From Myxococcota bacterium (GTDB lineage Bacteria > Myxococcota_A > UBA9160 > UBA6930): DNA of 64,000 nucleotides. The notes under the pieces were generated by a model that had not been told where the DNA came from, did not search any database, and saw only the letters and a program-made list of their open reading frames with translations. The position numbers and the translations under genes were made by a program. Below, in pieces: positions 9,350-20,358 of this stretch. The stretch lies in contig OZ245015.1 of NCBI GenBank assembly GCA_965223705.1, positions 128,001 to 192,000 on the forward strand, written 5' to 3'. Position 1 is the first letter of the stretch. Every line of letters starts with the position of its first letter.

Positions 9350-10558
9350 TCAGTTGGGCGAATACGCGTCGAGGCCGAGCGCGACCGCGCCCCAGTTCTC
9401 CGCTGTCCGCTCGAGATCCATGATGTAGTGGGTGCGAATCATCGCGATATCGCGGTAGATGCGCTCCATGTCTTGGCCGATCTGGGTCGCACTTGTACCG
9501 CTCGCCTCAAAGAGGATCTCGATGGCCTCGCTCGAAAGGGCGCACACTTGTTGTGCGTGCATGAAAGCGCGTCGCCGCGCTTGCGGGTCACACGCTACAG
9601 CGCCATCTCCCGCGTCATCTGCCAACTGCTCGAGGCTCGAGACCATGCTGTCCCGAACCGCTGTTGCAGCGTCGGCCTTGGCACGCGAATGCCCGAGGCG
9701 TCGTTGCGTCGAGCGCTCTGCGCGGAGTTCGCCAAACGGCGCGAAGGGGATCTGCTTCGTCATGGCGCGCTCATAGAACGCATCGATCGCGGCCTCCGCC
9801 AGGCCGACACAGATACTGCTCAGCTCGCAGCAGAACACTTCCATCGGCGGACACCGGTAGAACGCGTTGGCGTAGACGCCGTAGCCCGGGGCCTCGCCCT
9901 CGAGCCATGGCGCCTGGTGGATGACGCGTCGCTCCGGCAGGAAGACGTTCTCGACCACGGCCTGCTTCGAGCCGGTCGCTCGCATGCCCATGACGTGCCA
10001 GTTGTCGACGATCTCGTACTCGTCGCGTCGGATGAATCCGAGGATCAGATCGGGAGGCTCTTCCTCTTCCCGCTCTTCTTCGACAACGGCCGAGAGAGCG
10101 ACCCAGTTGGCGTGCTCGCCGCCCGAGTTGTAGTTCCAGCGCCCAGTCAGGCGGTAGCCACCGTCGACGGGCACCGCGACACCCTGCGGCGCGAAGATCA
10201 GAGGTGCGCGGAAATCGCCATCGTCTGCGTACATCTCCACCTGACCTTCCTCGGGAAACGAGGCCATGTGGAAGGTATGAGCGCTGGTCAGACAGAGCAC
10301 CCAACCCGAGGAACCGCAACCGCGCGAAATGTTGGTCATCACCTGACAAAACGTTCGGAGGCCGAACTCGTAGCCGCCGAATCGCCGCGGTTGGAGAAGC
10401 CGGTAGAAACCCGCGTCGAGAAAATCCTGAATCGTTTCCTGCGGCAATTCTCGTGCGCGTTCCGCTTGTTCGGCACGTTTGCGAAGCACGGGAATGAGAT
10501 CGCGCGAACGTGTGACGACCTGCTCCACGGTGAGATTCGGCTCGGGGGGCTTGATCAT
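9350..10558 (-). CDS. Flavin-dependent monooxygenase, acyl-CoA dehydrogenase fold (HsaA-like)
   Basis: QPRRFGG, GCGSSGW, DNWHVMGMRATGS. Confidence 0.85.
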   Translation of the reverse strand: MIKPPEPNLTVEQVVTRSRDLIPVLRKRAEQAERARELPQETIQDFLDAGFYRLLQPRRFGGYEFGLRTFCQVMTNISRGCGSSGWVLCLTSAHTFHMASFPEEGQVEMYADDGDFRAPLIFAPQGVAVPVDGGYRLTGRWNYNSGGEHANWVALSAVVEEEREEEEPPDLILGFIRRDEYEIVDNWHVMGMRATGSKQAVVENVFLPERRVIHQAPWLEGEAPGYGVYANAFYRCPPMEVFCCELSSICVGLAEAAIDAFYERAMTKQIPFAPFGELRAERSTQRRLGHSRAKADAATAVRDSMVSSLEQLADDAGDGAVACDPQARRRAFMHAQQVCALSSEAIEILFEASGTSATQIGQDMERIYRDIAMIRTHYIMDLERTAENWGAVALGLDAYSPN

Positions 10559-10622
10559 GACGTCCTCCGTCTTCCGCCCAGAGCATACGCCGACGCGTTT
10601 CTGCGTTCACCGTCGGCGGGAA

Positions 10623-13600
10623 TCAGCGCTCTGCGCGTGCCTCGCGGACGTCGGCGAACTCGGTGCCTCCTTCGATCTCGCGCAAGCACACCGCAAGATC
10701 GGCGAGATCGCGCTCTCGATCGAAGCCACCCATCGGGGCGCGCAGACGCCGCAAGAGCGCGCGCATTGCGAGTCCGAGCGCACCTTGCTCCCTCGCGATC
10801 GACAGCGACTCCGTGAGCGCTCGTCGCGCGTCGTCCGGCCGACCGAGTTCGATCAAGAACTCCCCGCGCCTCCCGTGAAGTTCGGCGTCCCAGAAGTGCA
10901 TCCCCAGCTGAGAGGCGACCCCCAGGGCGAGGTCGATCGCTCCGACGGCCTCCTCACATTGGCCGGCCCGGTGCGATACATCCGCGAGGATCCCGAGGAT
11001 GTGCGGTGCGGCGGTCTGGTTCTGGGTCCCCGCCGCCGTCTCGACGCCGTGGCGGGTGATTTGCAACGCGCGCGAGGGATCGCTCTCGCACCATCCTTGA
11101 AGAATGGTCGCGGCACCCAGATACAACGGGAATCCGTGACGTTTCGAAAGCGCGGCGGCCTCGTCTGCGAGCCTGCGGGTGCCGTCGCGATCCCGGAGCA
11201 TCTTTGCGATGGCCGCCGCGAAAACGAGGCAGAAGGCGAGTGAAACGGGGTCACTGACGGAGCGCGCCCGTGCGACGGCGAGATCGGCCTGTCGTTTCGC
11301 TTCTCGAAAACGACCGAGGGGCCACAAAGCCCAGCTCGAGTACGCGTGGGTCACGGCCTGGAAATCGTGTCCCCACCGCTCGATCTGCGTCCCGCTGTCG
11401 TCGGGATCGTTTCGAGAGAGCGCGCACTCGTTGTGAAGACACGCGTCTTGAAACCGGCCTTCGAGGAACGCCACATTGCCCAAGGCGTACGCAGCGGCGG
11501 TTGTCGGAGTCGCGTCCGTACCGATGGCCTCGAGCTGCTCCGCGAGCGTTCGCGCCCGTACGAGTTGGCCGGTGGTCACGCAGTACACGACCGACCCCCA
11601 CAGGCCCGACGCTCGCAGCGATGGGTCTCGGACACGTTCGCAGAGCTCCTGGGCCCGGTCGTACGCCACCCGCAGTGACGGGCTCGAAAACCCTTCGACG
11701 GCTTGGAGCGAAACCCCGAGCGCGATCTGGATCGAGAGCTCCCTCGCGTCCCGGTCGGCTTCCGGCCCGGTGTGCGACAGCGCGGTGAGTCCTCGGCGCA
11801 GCTGAGTCAGCGCCTCTCGGTGAGCGGAACGGGCGTTGTAGAATTCGCCCGAACGACGCCAGTATTCCGACGCGAGCGCAAACTCCTCCGCTTCCGCCAG
11901 ATGGTGGCCCACGAGTTCCGGACGGGCTTCGGCCACTTGCGGCATGCGTGCGAGAATGGTCTGCGCGACGTGCAAGTGGTGTCGCTTGCGCTGCGGACGG
12001 ACCAGCGACTGATAAGCCGCATCGCGCAGAAGGGCGTGCTTGAACAGATACGTCGCTTCGGGCGGGTTGCCTCGACGATAGAAGAGTCCCGCGCGTACCG
12101 CGCGATCCAAGGCTTCGAGCAGCTCGTCTTCCTCCATCGCCGAAACTTTGAGAATCAGGTCGTAGGAGAACTCTCGCCCGAGCACCGAAGCGAGTTGGGC
12201 GAGCTCTTTGGTCGGGCCCAACGCGTCGAGCCTCGCCTCGAACAAGTCGTGGAGCGTATCCGGGATCTCGACATCGCAATCCGAGCGACCATCGTCGCCT
12301 CGACGACTCGAGTCGAGAGCCGACAGAACGAGCTCCTCGACAAACAGCGGGACGCCGTCGGCGCGATCGAGGATCTCGTCGACCCACCGCTCGGACAGCG
12401 TCCGGCCACCCGCCACTTTGCGGATCAACTCGCGGACTTCGTTGTTGTCGAGCCGCACGAGATCCATTCGTTGCAGCATGTCGTGGCTCGCGCCGGCGGG
12501 CTCCAGATCCGCCCGGCACGTCGCGATGAGCAGGATCGGAGAGCGCTCCAATCGTTCCATCATGTGTGCCATCGCTTCGAGCGTCGACGGATCCAGCCAG
12601 TGCGCGTCTTCGACGATCATGACGACCGGTTGTCGCTTCGCGAGGCGAGCCAACCATTCGGAGAACAAGTCGAAGAGCTCTTCCCGCGACGCTTCGGGGG
12701 GTCGGTCTTCGTAGCGTTCGTTCGCATCCGCAATTCCGTGGAAGTACTCGAGGAGAGGCAGCGTGTCTTCCACGTCGAAGTCCATTCGGGCGAGCCCGAG
12801 GCGAAGCGCTTCGCGTTGAACGGAAATCGGGTCTCTCGTGCGAAAGCCGAGCCCGTCTCGCTGAAGGGCCAACACCGGATAGAGTGCGCTGTCCTTCGTG
12901 TGCGCCGACCCGCGCACCTCGAGCCAGCTGTGTGGTTTGCCTTCGATCGAGGCGCGGAACTTCTGCAGCAGGCGCGATTTTCCGACTCCCGCCTCACCGG
13001 AAATCAACACGGCGCAGCCGCGGCCCTGGGACAGCTCGGCAAAACCGTTCTCGAGCATCGCGAGCTCTGAACGGCGACCGACGAAAGGCGATAGCTCGTT
13101 CGTCGAGTTCACGTCGAGCCGACTGCGCATACCGGCGACGTGGACCGCTCGGAACGCATGCTCGGGTTCGGAGACGCCGACGAGGTCGACGGTGCCGAGA
13201 TCTTCCGTCACGAAAATGCCCGACGTGAGCCGCGCGGTGCGAGCGCCCATGACCACGCAGTTGCGTGCGGCGTAACTCTGAAGGCGCGCGGCGACGTGGG
13301 TCGTGCGACCGAGCGCAAGGGTTTCCTTGGCCTCGCCCGTTCCGACCTCACCGACCACGACTTGACCGGTGTGGACACCGACGCGGATGGAGAGCTCCTC
13401 TCCGTAGCGACCCAACAACGCGTCGCGCTGCGCTTCCAAGGTATCGACCAGAGAAAGACCCGCGCGCACCGCGCGCTCTGCGTCATCCTCAAAGGCCTGG
13501 GGATAGCCGAAGTACGCGAGGACACCGTCTCCGAGAAACTGTGCGACGTATCCACCGAACCGGCCGATCACGCCCTGTGCGGCTTCTTGGTAGTCGCGGA

Positions 13601-13904
13601 GCAAGTCGCGCCAGTCTTCGGGATCGAGGCGGCTGGCGATCTGGGTCGATCCGACGACATCGCAAAACAACACGCTGAGCTGCCGCCGCTCTCCCTCGTT
13701 CGAAGGTGCGACCGTTCGGTTCCCAGTCCAGACCAGTGAATCCCCCTCGGCTACGGCGACTTTCTGGACGTCGAGGAGTTCTTCGACGAGATCCGAGAAC
13801 GCTTCGTAGTCGAGTTCCACTTCTCGCTTGAGGGCCCGTCGGGAGAGACACCCTTCTTCGCGCAGCACTTCCCGGGCACGACGCATGGCAACGACGAAAC
13901 TCAT
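10623..13904 (-). CDS. Class III adenylate/guanylate cyclase + AAA ATPase + TPR protein
   Basis: VLFCDVVGST, FLGDGVLAYFG, Walker A GEAGVGKS, EDAHW. Confidence 0.9.
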   Translation of the reverse strand: MSFVVAMRRAREVLREEGCLSRRALKREVELDYEAFSDLVEELLDVQKVAVAEGDSLVWTGNRTVAPSNEGERRQLSVLFCDVVGSTQIASRLDPEDWRDLLRDYQEAAQGVIGRFGGYVAQFLGDGVLAYFGYPQAFEDDAERAVRAGLSLVDTLEAQRDALLGRYGEELSIRVGVHTGQVVVGEVGTGEAKETLALGRTTHVAARLQSYAARNCVVMGARTARLTSGIFVTEDLGTVDLVGVSEPEHAFRAVHVAGMRSRLDVNSTNELSPFVGRRSELAMLENGFAELSQGRGCAVLISGEAGVGKSRLLQKFRASIEGKPHSWLEVRGSAHTKDSALYPVLALQRDGLGFRTRDPISVQREALRLGLARMDFDVEDTLPLLEYFHGIADANERYEDRPPEASREELFDLFSEWLARLAKRQPVVMIVEDAHWLDPSTLEAMAHMMERLERSPILLIATCRADLEPAGASHDMLQRMDLVRLDNNEVRELIRKVAGGRTLSERWVDEILDRADGVPLFVEELVLSALDSSRRGDDGRSDCDVEIPDTLHDLFEARLDALGPTKELAQLASVLGREFSYDLILKVSAMEEDELLEALDRAVRAGLFYRRGNPPEATYLFKHALLRDAAYQSLVRPQRKRHHLHVAQTILARMPQVAEARPELVGHHLAEAEEFALASEYWRRSGEFYNARSAHREALTQLRRGLTALSHTGPEADRDARELSIQIALGVSLQAVEGFSSPSLRVAYDRAQELCERVRDPSLRASGLWGSVVYCVTTGQLVRARTLAEQLEAIGTDATPTTAAAYALGNVAFLEGRFQDACLHNECALSRNDPDDSGTQIERWGHDFQAVTHAYSSWALWPLGRFREAKRQADLAVARARSVSDPVSLAFCLVFAAAIAKMLRDRDGTRRLADEAAALSKRHGFPLYLGAATILQGWCESDPSRALQITRHGVETAAGTQNQTAAPHILGILADVSHRAGQCEEAVGAIDLALGVASQLGMHFWDAELHGRRGEFLIELGRPDDARRALTESLSIAREQGALGLAMRALLRRLRAPMGGFDRERDLADLAVCLREIEGGTEFADVREARAER

Positions 13905-14284
13905 GACGACACCTCCAAAGTCGGACGGGGTAGGGGTTCTCGGTCGGGCAGAACGAATTCGCGGCGCGCGCGCTCCGATGCGATGCGCTCGTCCGAGTAG
14001 TAGAGCAATGCGGTCTCCGGGTTCCGAAGCTCGGGGTGGTGAGACAGGAACGCGGCAAAGTCGTGGGCCCTCGTCGGGTCGCCGAGGCGCGCCGCCACGA
14101 GCCGCGTCCAGACGAGAGTCAGCGTTTCGTGGTAGGCGTGCGGATCGCCGGACGCTCCGCCGCCGTTGATCGACTCGCGGATCGCCGCGCGAATCCGCGG
14201 CGTCGCTCGATGAAGCGGAGCGACCCGAAGGTGCTGAAACGCGATTTCCAACCGTGCTTCGTGATCGAGATGGGGCTTTGCCAT
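13901..14284 (-). CDS. Conserved hypothetical protein
   Basis: HEARLEIA, YHETLT, YYS...ARREFVLPD; overlaps the cyclase start. Confidence 0.7.
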   Translation of the reverse strand: MAKPHLDHEARLEIAFQHLRVAPLHRATPRIRAAIRESINGGGASGDPHAYHETLTLVWTRLVAARLGDPTRAHDFAAFLSHHPELRNPETALLYYSDERIASERARREFVLPDREPLPRPTLEVSS

Positions 14285-14422
14285 GGGTCGAGCATCGACG
14301 AAGCCGCGGCGGCGATCTTTTCCGGATCCTTACCGGATTCTTATCATTCCAGCTCTCACGGTTTTTGTAGTAGATTCAAGGGGTTGTGCCTTTGCACGCG
14401 ATCTTCGGAGGGCGCGTTTCCG

Positions 14423-17400
14423 GTGACTTACCGCTTCGGAGACTTCGAGCTCGACGCCGCGAAAGGCGAGCTGCGCAAAGCGGGCCGTCGCGTTGCCCTC
14501 CAGCCGAAGCCCCTCGCGTTGTTGATCCTCCTGGTCGCTGAGCGCCACCGGGTCGTCCCGACGGACGAGCTCCTCGACGCGCTCTGGCCGGGCGAGACCG
14601 TCACGCCGAGCTCTCTGGCCCGGGCGGTGAGCGTCGCGCGCGCCGCGATCGACGACACGGGCCGCGGAGCGCGCCTGCGAAGCTACACCCGCCGCGGTTA
14701 CCGCTTCGTCGACCGCGTGGCGGAATTGCCCGCCGGCAGTGATTCCCCAGACGCCGGGGCCTCCGATGTGGACGCCAGCGGGATCCCGTTGATCGGCCGA
14801 GCGCTGCCACTGGCCACGTTGTCGGCGGCTTGGGATCGCGCCGTGCGCGGACAGGGGGGCGTGGTGCTCATCAGCGGCCGCGCCGGGATCGGAAAGACCC
14901 GCCTCGCGGATTCGTTCGCCCGTCGGGTGGAGCGCGACGAAGGCACGGTGCTGCGGGGGCGCGCGCTCGAAGCGGACGGCGAGCCGCCTTTTTGGGTGTG
15001 GGCGCAGGTCTTGCGGGCGCTTCATCGAGTCGATCCCGAGCGGTTGGAGGAGCCGGGACTGGCCGACAGCGGCGAGCTCGCTGCATTGCTTCCGGAGTTG
15101 CGTCAGAAGACCGCTTCGGTGGCGGCGAACCTTCCCGAGAAGCAGCGCCGCTTCGTGTTTTTTGACGCCGTCGCGCGCACGCTTCAAGCCGCGTCCCAGC
15201 ATCGGCCCGTGCTGGTCGTGTTCGAAGATCTCCACTGGGCGGATCCGGCCTCACTGCGTTTGCTCGAGCACATCGCGTTTGACATCGCTACGAGCTCGCT
15301 GCTCCTCGTCGTGACCGCGCGGGAGGAAGCGGAATCGACGGCAGAAGCGTCCCACGCCCTAGCGGCGCTCCGTCGACAAGACCACTTCGAGAGCGTCGCC
15401 CTGGAAGGCCTGTCCGCCACAGAACTCACCGAGTGGGTGCGACAGTGGACGGGCAAGCCCTCTCAAGACTTGGCGGAGCGCCTCTATGAGCGAACCGGTG
15501 GCGTGCCGCTCTTCGTGCGCGAAGCCGTCCGCAGAATCGATGGGGAACGCGCTCTCTCCGATCCGGGAAATCTCGGCGAGGATTTACCCGCCGTCGAGAT
15601 CGACTGGGTGAAAGAAGCGTTCGCGCAACTCTCGAAGGAGTGCGGCGTGTGTCTCGGAGCGGCCTCGGTCGTCGGGCGAGAGTTTTCCCTTCCGCTCCTT
15701 TCCGATATTTGTGCCACCGCTCGCGGCGATGTGCTCGACGTGCTGGACGAAGCGATCGATCGCGGACTCATCCAAAATGATTCGAGCTCTCCGACCGATT
15801 ACCGGTTCGCGCACGATCTCTTTCGCGAAGCCGCTTACGAAGCGCTGACTCCGGGAGCTCGTGCGCGCTGGCATCAGGGCGTCGCTCTGGTTTTGGAGCG
15901 GCGCCACGCCGGAGAAATCGAACGCGTCGTTTCCGAGCTCGCGTTCCATCGCTACCGCGCGCTCGCACTCGGCGACGCCGAATCTTGTTTCCGTTACGCG
16001 ACTCGGGCGGCGGAGCTCGCGGTCGAGTCGCGTGCCTACGAACAAGCGGTGCGCCACTGGACGTGGGCGCTCGAGGCGTTGGAGCAACTGGAGGAGGGAG
16101 ATCCCAATCGCCGTTTGAGGAGTCTCCTCGGCCTGGGAGACGCCGTGCGTCTGGCAGGTGATCGCGAGAGCCGCCGCGAAATCCTGGGCGAGGCGATGGT
16201 ACTCGCGCGTAAGCTCGATCGGAACGTGGAGTTCGCGACGGCAGCACTCGGCTTGTGTGATTTGACCGAGTGGGCCGTACGCGACGACGTTGCGCGAGAC
16301 GCGCTGCTCGAGGCGGCCGAGCGCATCGATCCTTCCGATACCGAGCTGAAAGCGCGCATTCTCACCCGGCTCGGTTATCTCAACTCGATCTCCAATCGCC
16401 CCGCTGCGGAAGAGCATCTGCGCACCGCGGTCGCCATCGCGCGAGACCTCGGTGCCTCGGACCCTTTGGAAGAAGCGCTCTACGCCCTCCACCTCATGTT
16501 GGGAGGACCCGACGACAAGCCGGAGCGCGTCTCGATTCTCGAAGAGTTGCGCGGTGCGGCGACGGCGGCCCGCGACCCGGTCGCCTCGGTGATCGCGGTG
16601 CTCGATGTCGCGTGCGATTCACTCGAGGTCGGAGACCGCGCGAAAGCCGACGCCCTCCGCCGCGAAGCGGACGAAACCGCGGGGAAACCGGCGCATCCGC
16701 TGACGCTTTGGCATCGCCAGGTCTACGACACGGGTTTGGCGCTCATGGAAGGCCGTTTCTCGGAAGTGAAGGAACGCGCGTCCGTGGCACGAAAGCTCGG
16801 GCAACGAATGCAACATCCCTACGCCCTCGCTTGCTATGCCGGTCAGTTGTCGCAGCTCGGTGTGGAGTGCGGCGCGGCGGATGACGTCCTCGCGCTCCTC
16901 GAGCCGGTTCTCGATCCGCGCGACGGTCCCGGCCACTGGGTCAAGGCGCGGGTCGCTCGGATGCGATTTGCCGTCGGTCGAGAAGAGGAAGCACGCTCAC
17001 TGTTTCGGGACGTGTTCGATGAAGGATTCGAGCAGATTCCGCGCAATCTCCGGTGGATCACGACCATGGTCGAGTTGGTGCACTGCGCGGCAGACCTCGA
17101 AGATGCGGAAGCCGCTCTCGCGCTTCGCGAATTGATCCAGCCCTTCGAGACTCACCACAGCGTGTTGCCCATGGTCATCTGTTACGGAGGTCCGGTCACG
17201 TGGGCACTGGGCAGAATCAGTGAGCTCAACGCAGACCCCGACGAAGCGCTGCGCTACTACCGAGACGCCCTCCGCTCGAGCATCCAACTGAGGGCGCGGC
17301 CCAGCGAGGCGGCGGTACATCTCTCGATCGGGCACCTGCTGAAACGCCGAGGCCCTCCGGCCGAAGCACGCGAGCACCTAGAAATCGGGGGCGCGCTGGC

Positions 17401-17464
17401 TGGTGATCTCGGGATGCGCAGCGTTGCGGCCGCGGCTTCGGACGCCCTTCGCGGGCTCGCCTGA
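14423..17464 (+). CDS. Winged-helix + AAA ATPase + TPR transcriptional regulator
   Basis: YRFGDFELD...RRGYRF wHTH, GRAGIGKT, EDLHWAD; GTG start 14423. Confidence 0.88.
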   Translation: MTYRFGDFELDAAKGELRKAGRRVALQPKPLALLILLVAERHRVVPTDELLDALWPGETVTPSSLARAVSVARAAIDDTGRGARLRSYTRRGYRFVDRVAELPAGSDSPDAGASDVDASGIPLIGRALPLATLSAAWDRAVRGQGGVVLISGRAGIGKTRLADSFARRVERDEGTVLRGRALEADGEPPFWVWAQVLRALHRVDPERLEEPGLADSGELAALLPELRQKTASVAANLPEKQRRFVFFDAVARTLQAASQHRPVLVVFEDLHWADPASLRLLEHIAFDIATSSLLLVVTAREEAESTAEASHALAALRRQDHFESVALEGLSATELTEWVRQWTGKPSQDLAERLYERTGGVPLFVREAVRRIDGERALSDPGNLGEDLPAVEIDWVKEAFAQLSKECGVCLGAASVVGREFSLPLLSDICATARGDVLDVLDEAIDRGLIQNDSSSPTDYRFAHDLFREAAYEALTPGARARWHQGVALVLERRHAGEIERVVSELAFHRYRALALGDAESCFRYATRAAELAVESRAYEQAVRHWTWALEALEQLEEGDPNRRLRSLLGLGDAVRLAGDRESRREILGEAMVLARKLDRNVEFATAALGLCDLTEWAVRDDVARDALLEAAERIDPSDTELKARILTRLGYLNSISNRPAAEEHLRTAVAIARDLGASDPLEEALYALHLMLGGPDDKPERVSILEELRGAATAARDPVASVIAVLDVACDSLEVGDRAKADALRREADETAGKPAHPLTLWHRQVYDTGLALMEGRFSEVKERASVARKLGQRMQHPYALACYAGQLSQLGVECGAADDVLALLEPVLDPRDGPGHWVKARVARMRFAVGREEEARSLFRDVFDEGFEQIPRNLRWITTMVELVHCAADLEDAEAALALRELIQPFETHHSVLPMVICYGGPVTWALGRISELNADPDEALRYYRDALRSSIQLRARPSEAAVHLSIGHLLKRRGPPAEAREHLEIGGALAGDLGMRSVAAAASDALRGLA

Positions 17465-17465
17465 C

Positions 17466-18428
17466 ATGGAAGAACTCATCACCCACGCGTTGGAACTGAT
17501 CGCCGCTCACGGCTACTTGATCGTATTCGTGTGGATGTTCGCAGACCAGGTAGCACTACCTCTTCCTTCCGCACCTGTGCTCATCGCGGCGGGCATCGTG
17601 GCGGCGACCGGTGCGCTCGACGTTTTCGCCGTCGTCGTCGTCGCGTCGGCGGCGACACTGCTGGCGGATATTCTCTGGTATCTCCTCGGTCGACGCGGCG
17701 GTGCGCGGGCGGTCGACCTCATCTGCCGCCTGTCTCTCGAGCCCGACAGTTGTGTCACGACGACGCGAAACGCTTTCGGTCGCTTCGGACCGGCGACGCT
17801 GGTGATCGCGAAGTTCATTCCCGGCGTTCAAACCTTGGCCCCTGCGTCGGCCGGATTCGCACGAGCGCCGTGGCCCGGGTTCCTCTTTCTCGACCTCGTG
17901 GGCACGCTCCTATTCGTCACGCCATTCATCGGAGTGGGCTTCTTCTTCCAGGCGCAAATCGCGGAACTCGCGAATCGACTCGCCGCGATTTCCGGAGCCG
18001 CGACCTTGGGTGTCCTCGCGGTCGCTTCGCTCTACCTGGGGATCAAGGTGCTGCGCTGGGTCGTGTTCTTTCGAGGTCACCGGTTGCGGCGCCTTAGCGC
18101 GGAGCAACTGAACGATCGCCTTCAATCGGGTACGGCCACGACAATCATCGATCTACGTCAACGCTTCGACTACGACCTGCTGCCGCGCGTCATTCCCACG
18201 GCGCGGCGAATCCCGATCGACGAAATACCGCACCGACACCACGAGATTCCGCGAGAGCACGACATCATCCTCGTCTGTACCTGACCGAGCGAAGCTTCGA
18301 GCGCTCGGGTAGCGCTCTTCCTTCAGAAACACGGAGTTCGTCGCGTGTTTCCCTTGGCCGGCGGAATGGGCGCCTGGGTCGGGCACGGTTTCCCAACCGA
18401 GCCGGTCGACCGCGAGGGATCGCCTTAG
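17466..18428 (+). CDS. DedA-rhodanese fusion, predicted selenoprotein (TGA 18282-18284 = Sec)
   Basis: DedA motifs; frame continues past TGA as CT-U-PSEASSARVA...LAGGMGAW to TAG 18428; hairpin downstream of TGA. Confidence 0.8.
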
Positions 18429-19171
18429 CGCTGCGGGGGGACCTGCAGAACGAGGCACACGTACCCGTAGTCGTCTCCGCACGCTTCGTAGGTCTCCCGC
18501 TCGCGCCGTGTGGTGTCGTAGATTTCGAGCTCGCCGTGCTGTCGGATCGCCCTGCGCAGGGGCGCTTCGAGACCGGCGTAGTAAGCGTGCCAGTCGTCGG
18601 CCGGGAGCCGGAACGAGCTCAGCAGGTCGTAGTGCGCGCGCCGGGCATCGTCGATGCGCGTCGCCTCGTCTCGGATGTCGGGGTACTCGTTCGCGAAGAA
18701 GGCGCTCGCGCGCTCGTCGGGATGGGCCACGAACCAGACGAGTTCGGTCAACACCAAGCATCCACCGGGGCGAAGCAGTGGACGCCAAAGCCGCAACGCG
18801 TCCTCGAAGCCAATCGAGTACGCACTGCCCTCGGCCCACAATAAATCGAAGTCGCTGCCGAGCGTGTGAGCTTCGGCCATATCGACGGAAACGGTCGTGA
18901 CGCGATCTAGGAGTCCCCGCTCCGCAGCCTGGGCTCGCAACGTCGCGAGGAACGGCGGGTGGATATCCACCGCCGTGACCTCGGCGCCGGTATCTTCGCA
19001 CAGCACGAGGGTCGAGCCTCCGGTTCCGCAACCCAGGTCGAGTACGCGCTCGATCCGCAGCGACTTGGGCAACAGGTCGAGCGCGCGACGGGTCGTGGCG
19101 GCGCTGCCAGGGGCTTGCCTCGGCGTGTCCTCGAACAACTCGAACAAGCGTGTCAGATCATCGGCTCGCAC
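18425..19171 (-). CDS. Class I SAM methyltransferase
   Basis: PRQAPGS, VLDLGCGTG, DLLWAEGS. Confidence 0.88.
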   Translation of the reverse strand: MRADDLTRLFELFEDTPRQAPGSAATTRRALDLLPKSLRIERVLDLGCGTGGSTLVLCEDTGAEVTAVDIHPPFLATLRAQAAERGLLDRVTTVSVDMAEAHTLGSDFDLLWAEGSAYSIGFEDALRLWRPLLRPGGCLVLTELVWFVAHPDERASAFFANEYPDIRDEATRIDDARRAHYDLLSSFRLPADDWHAYYAGLEAPLRRAIRQHGELEIYDTTRRERETYEACGDDYGYVCLVLQVPPQR

Positions 19172-19192
19172 AGAGGGGCGTTGGAACGCGGC

Positions 19193-20335
19193 TCAGACGT
19201 TCATGTCGAGACGGTGGTAGTCGTGCAACCTCTCGAGCATCGAACTCTTCCAGTTGTGGTGTTCGCCAGCGTCAGCGAACGGTCGGTAGACAAATGCCGT
19301 CTCGTCGGGAAAGCGTTGTCGCCGTGCATCGATGGCGTACCCGATCACCTTCGAGCGTTCGCGGATGTGGTCCTCGGTGTAGACGACTTTCTCGCCGACG
19401 ATCCCTCCGCCTTCCACGCCCAGGACGGACGCGCGCGGAAGGCAGCCGATGTTGACCGTCACCCGCCAGTCGTCGCTGGTATTTGCAAACGAGCCGTGCA
19501 GCAACTGGCGGTTGCTGATCACGGTATCGCCCGGGTTGCACACCATCGGAACCGCCTCGGGCAAGCGCTCCGTCCCTGCGGCCGCCACGCGCGCCTTGAT
19601 GTCGATGCGTCCTTCCTTGTGGGAGCCCGGAACGACCCAAACACCGTTCGCCGGAGTGCAACCGAAGACCTGGCCCATCAGGTTGAAGCCGTGCGAGCCT
19701 TGATTCCAGGTCGGGCTGTTCCAGTGGGTGACGCCGTCCTGGTGCCAGGCGACGGAAGCACCGAGGCCTGGCGCTTTGATGAACAGTGCGTCGGTGTAGG
19801 GAACGAAGTCGTCGCCGTTCACGGCAGCCGAAACGGCAAGCAGATCCGGATGGGCGTACGCGCGCAGGCACGCCTCTGAAAACTGAAGGGCGCCGATGAT
19901 CAGATAGACGATCTCTTTCGGTGCCTCCTCGCTCGGAGCGGGCTCGAACATCTTCACGGGATGGCGCCCCTTGCCAAATGAAGTGCCTCCGAAAGGGTCG
20001 CCCAGCGGCTTTGACCAGAACACGGTTCGCGCCTTACATGTGGCGCCCAGTGCCGGGCGCCCCTTGTGGTCCAACGCGGCACCTTCATGTGTCGGAAGAC
20101 GATCCATGATCGCGTTGAGATCCGCCTCGATGTCCGACAGCTCCTCACCTGAGAACACGTTCTCAAACACGTAGAAGCCGTATCGCCAATACGCGTCGAG
20201 AATGTCGTCCGCGATTCGTCCGTCGACATAGCGAATGGGGCCACGGTTGTTGAGGGCTAGTGCGCGTTCGCGGCCTTCGGCCAGGTAGGTCTGCATCTCA
20301 TCTTCTTGGGCGCCATAGTCTGCGCGGAATCGCAT
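19193..20335 (-). CDS. Phytanoyl-CoA dioxygenase family protein
   Basis: WHQD, NGVWVVPGSH, LHGS; start uncertain. Confidence 0.85.
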   Translation of the reverse strand: MRFRADYGAQEDEMQTYLAEGRERALALNNRGPIRYVDGRIADDILDAYWRYGFYVFENVFSGEELSDIEADLNAIMDRLPTHEGAALDHKGRPALGATCKARTVFWSKPLGDPFGGTSFGKGRHPVKMFEPAPSEEAPKEIVYLIIGALQFSEACLRAYAHPDLLAVSAAVNGDDFVPYTDALFIKAPGLGASVAWHQDGVTHWNSPTWNQGSHGFNLMGQVFGCTPANGVWVVPGSHKEGRIDIKARVAAAGTERLPEAVPMVCNPGDTVISNRQLLHGSFANTSDDWRVTVNIGCLPRASVLGVEGGGIVGEKVVYTEDHIRERSKVIGYAIDARRQRFPDETAFVYRPFADAGEHHNWKSSMLERLHDYHRLDMNV

Positions 20336-20358
20336 CGTCGTGCCCTCCGAACGTGCGG

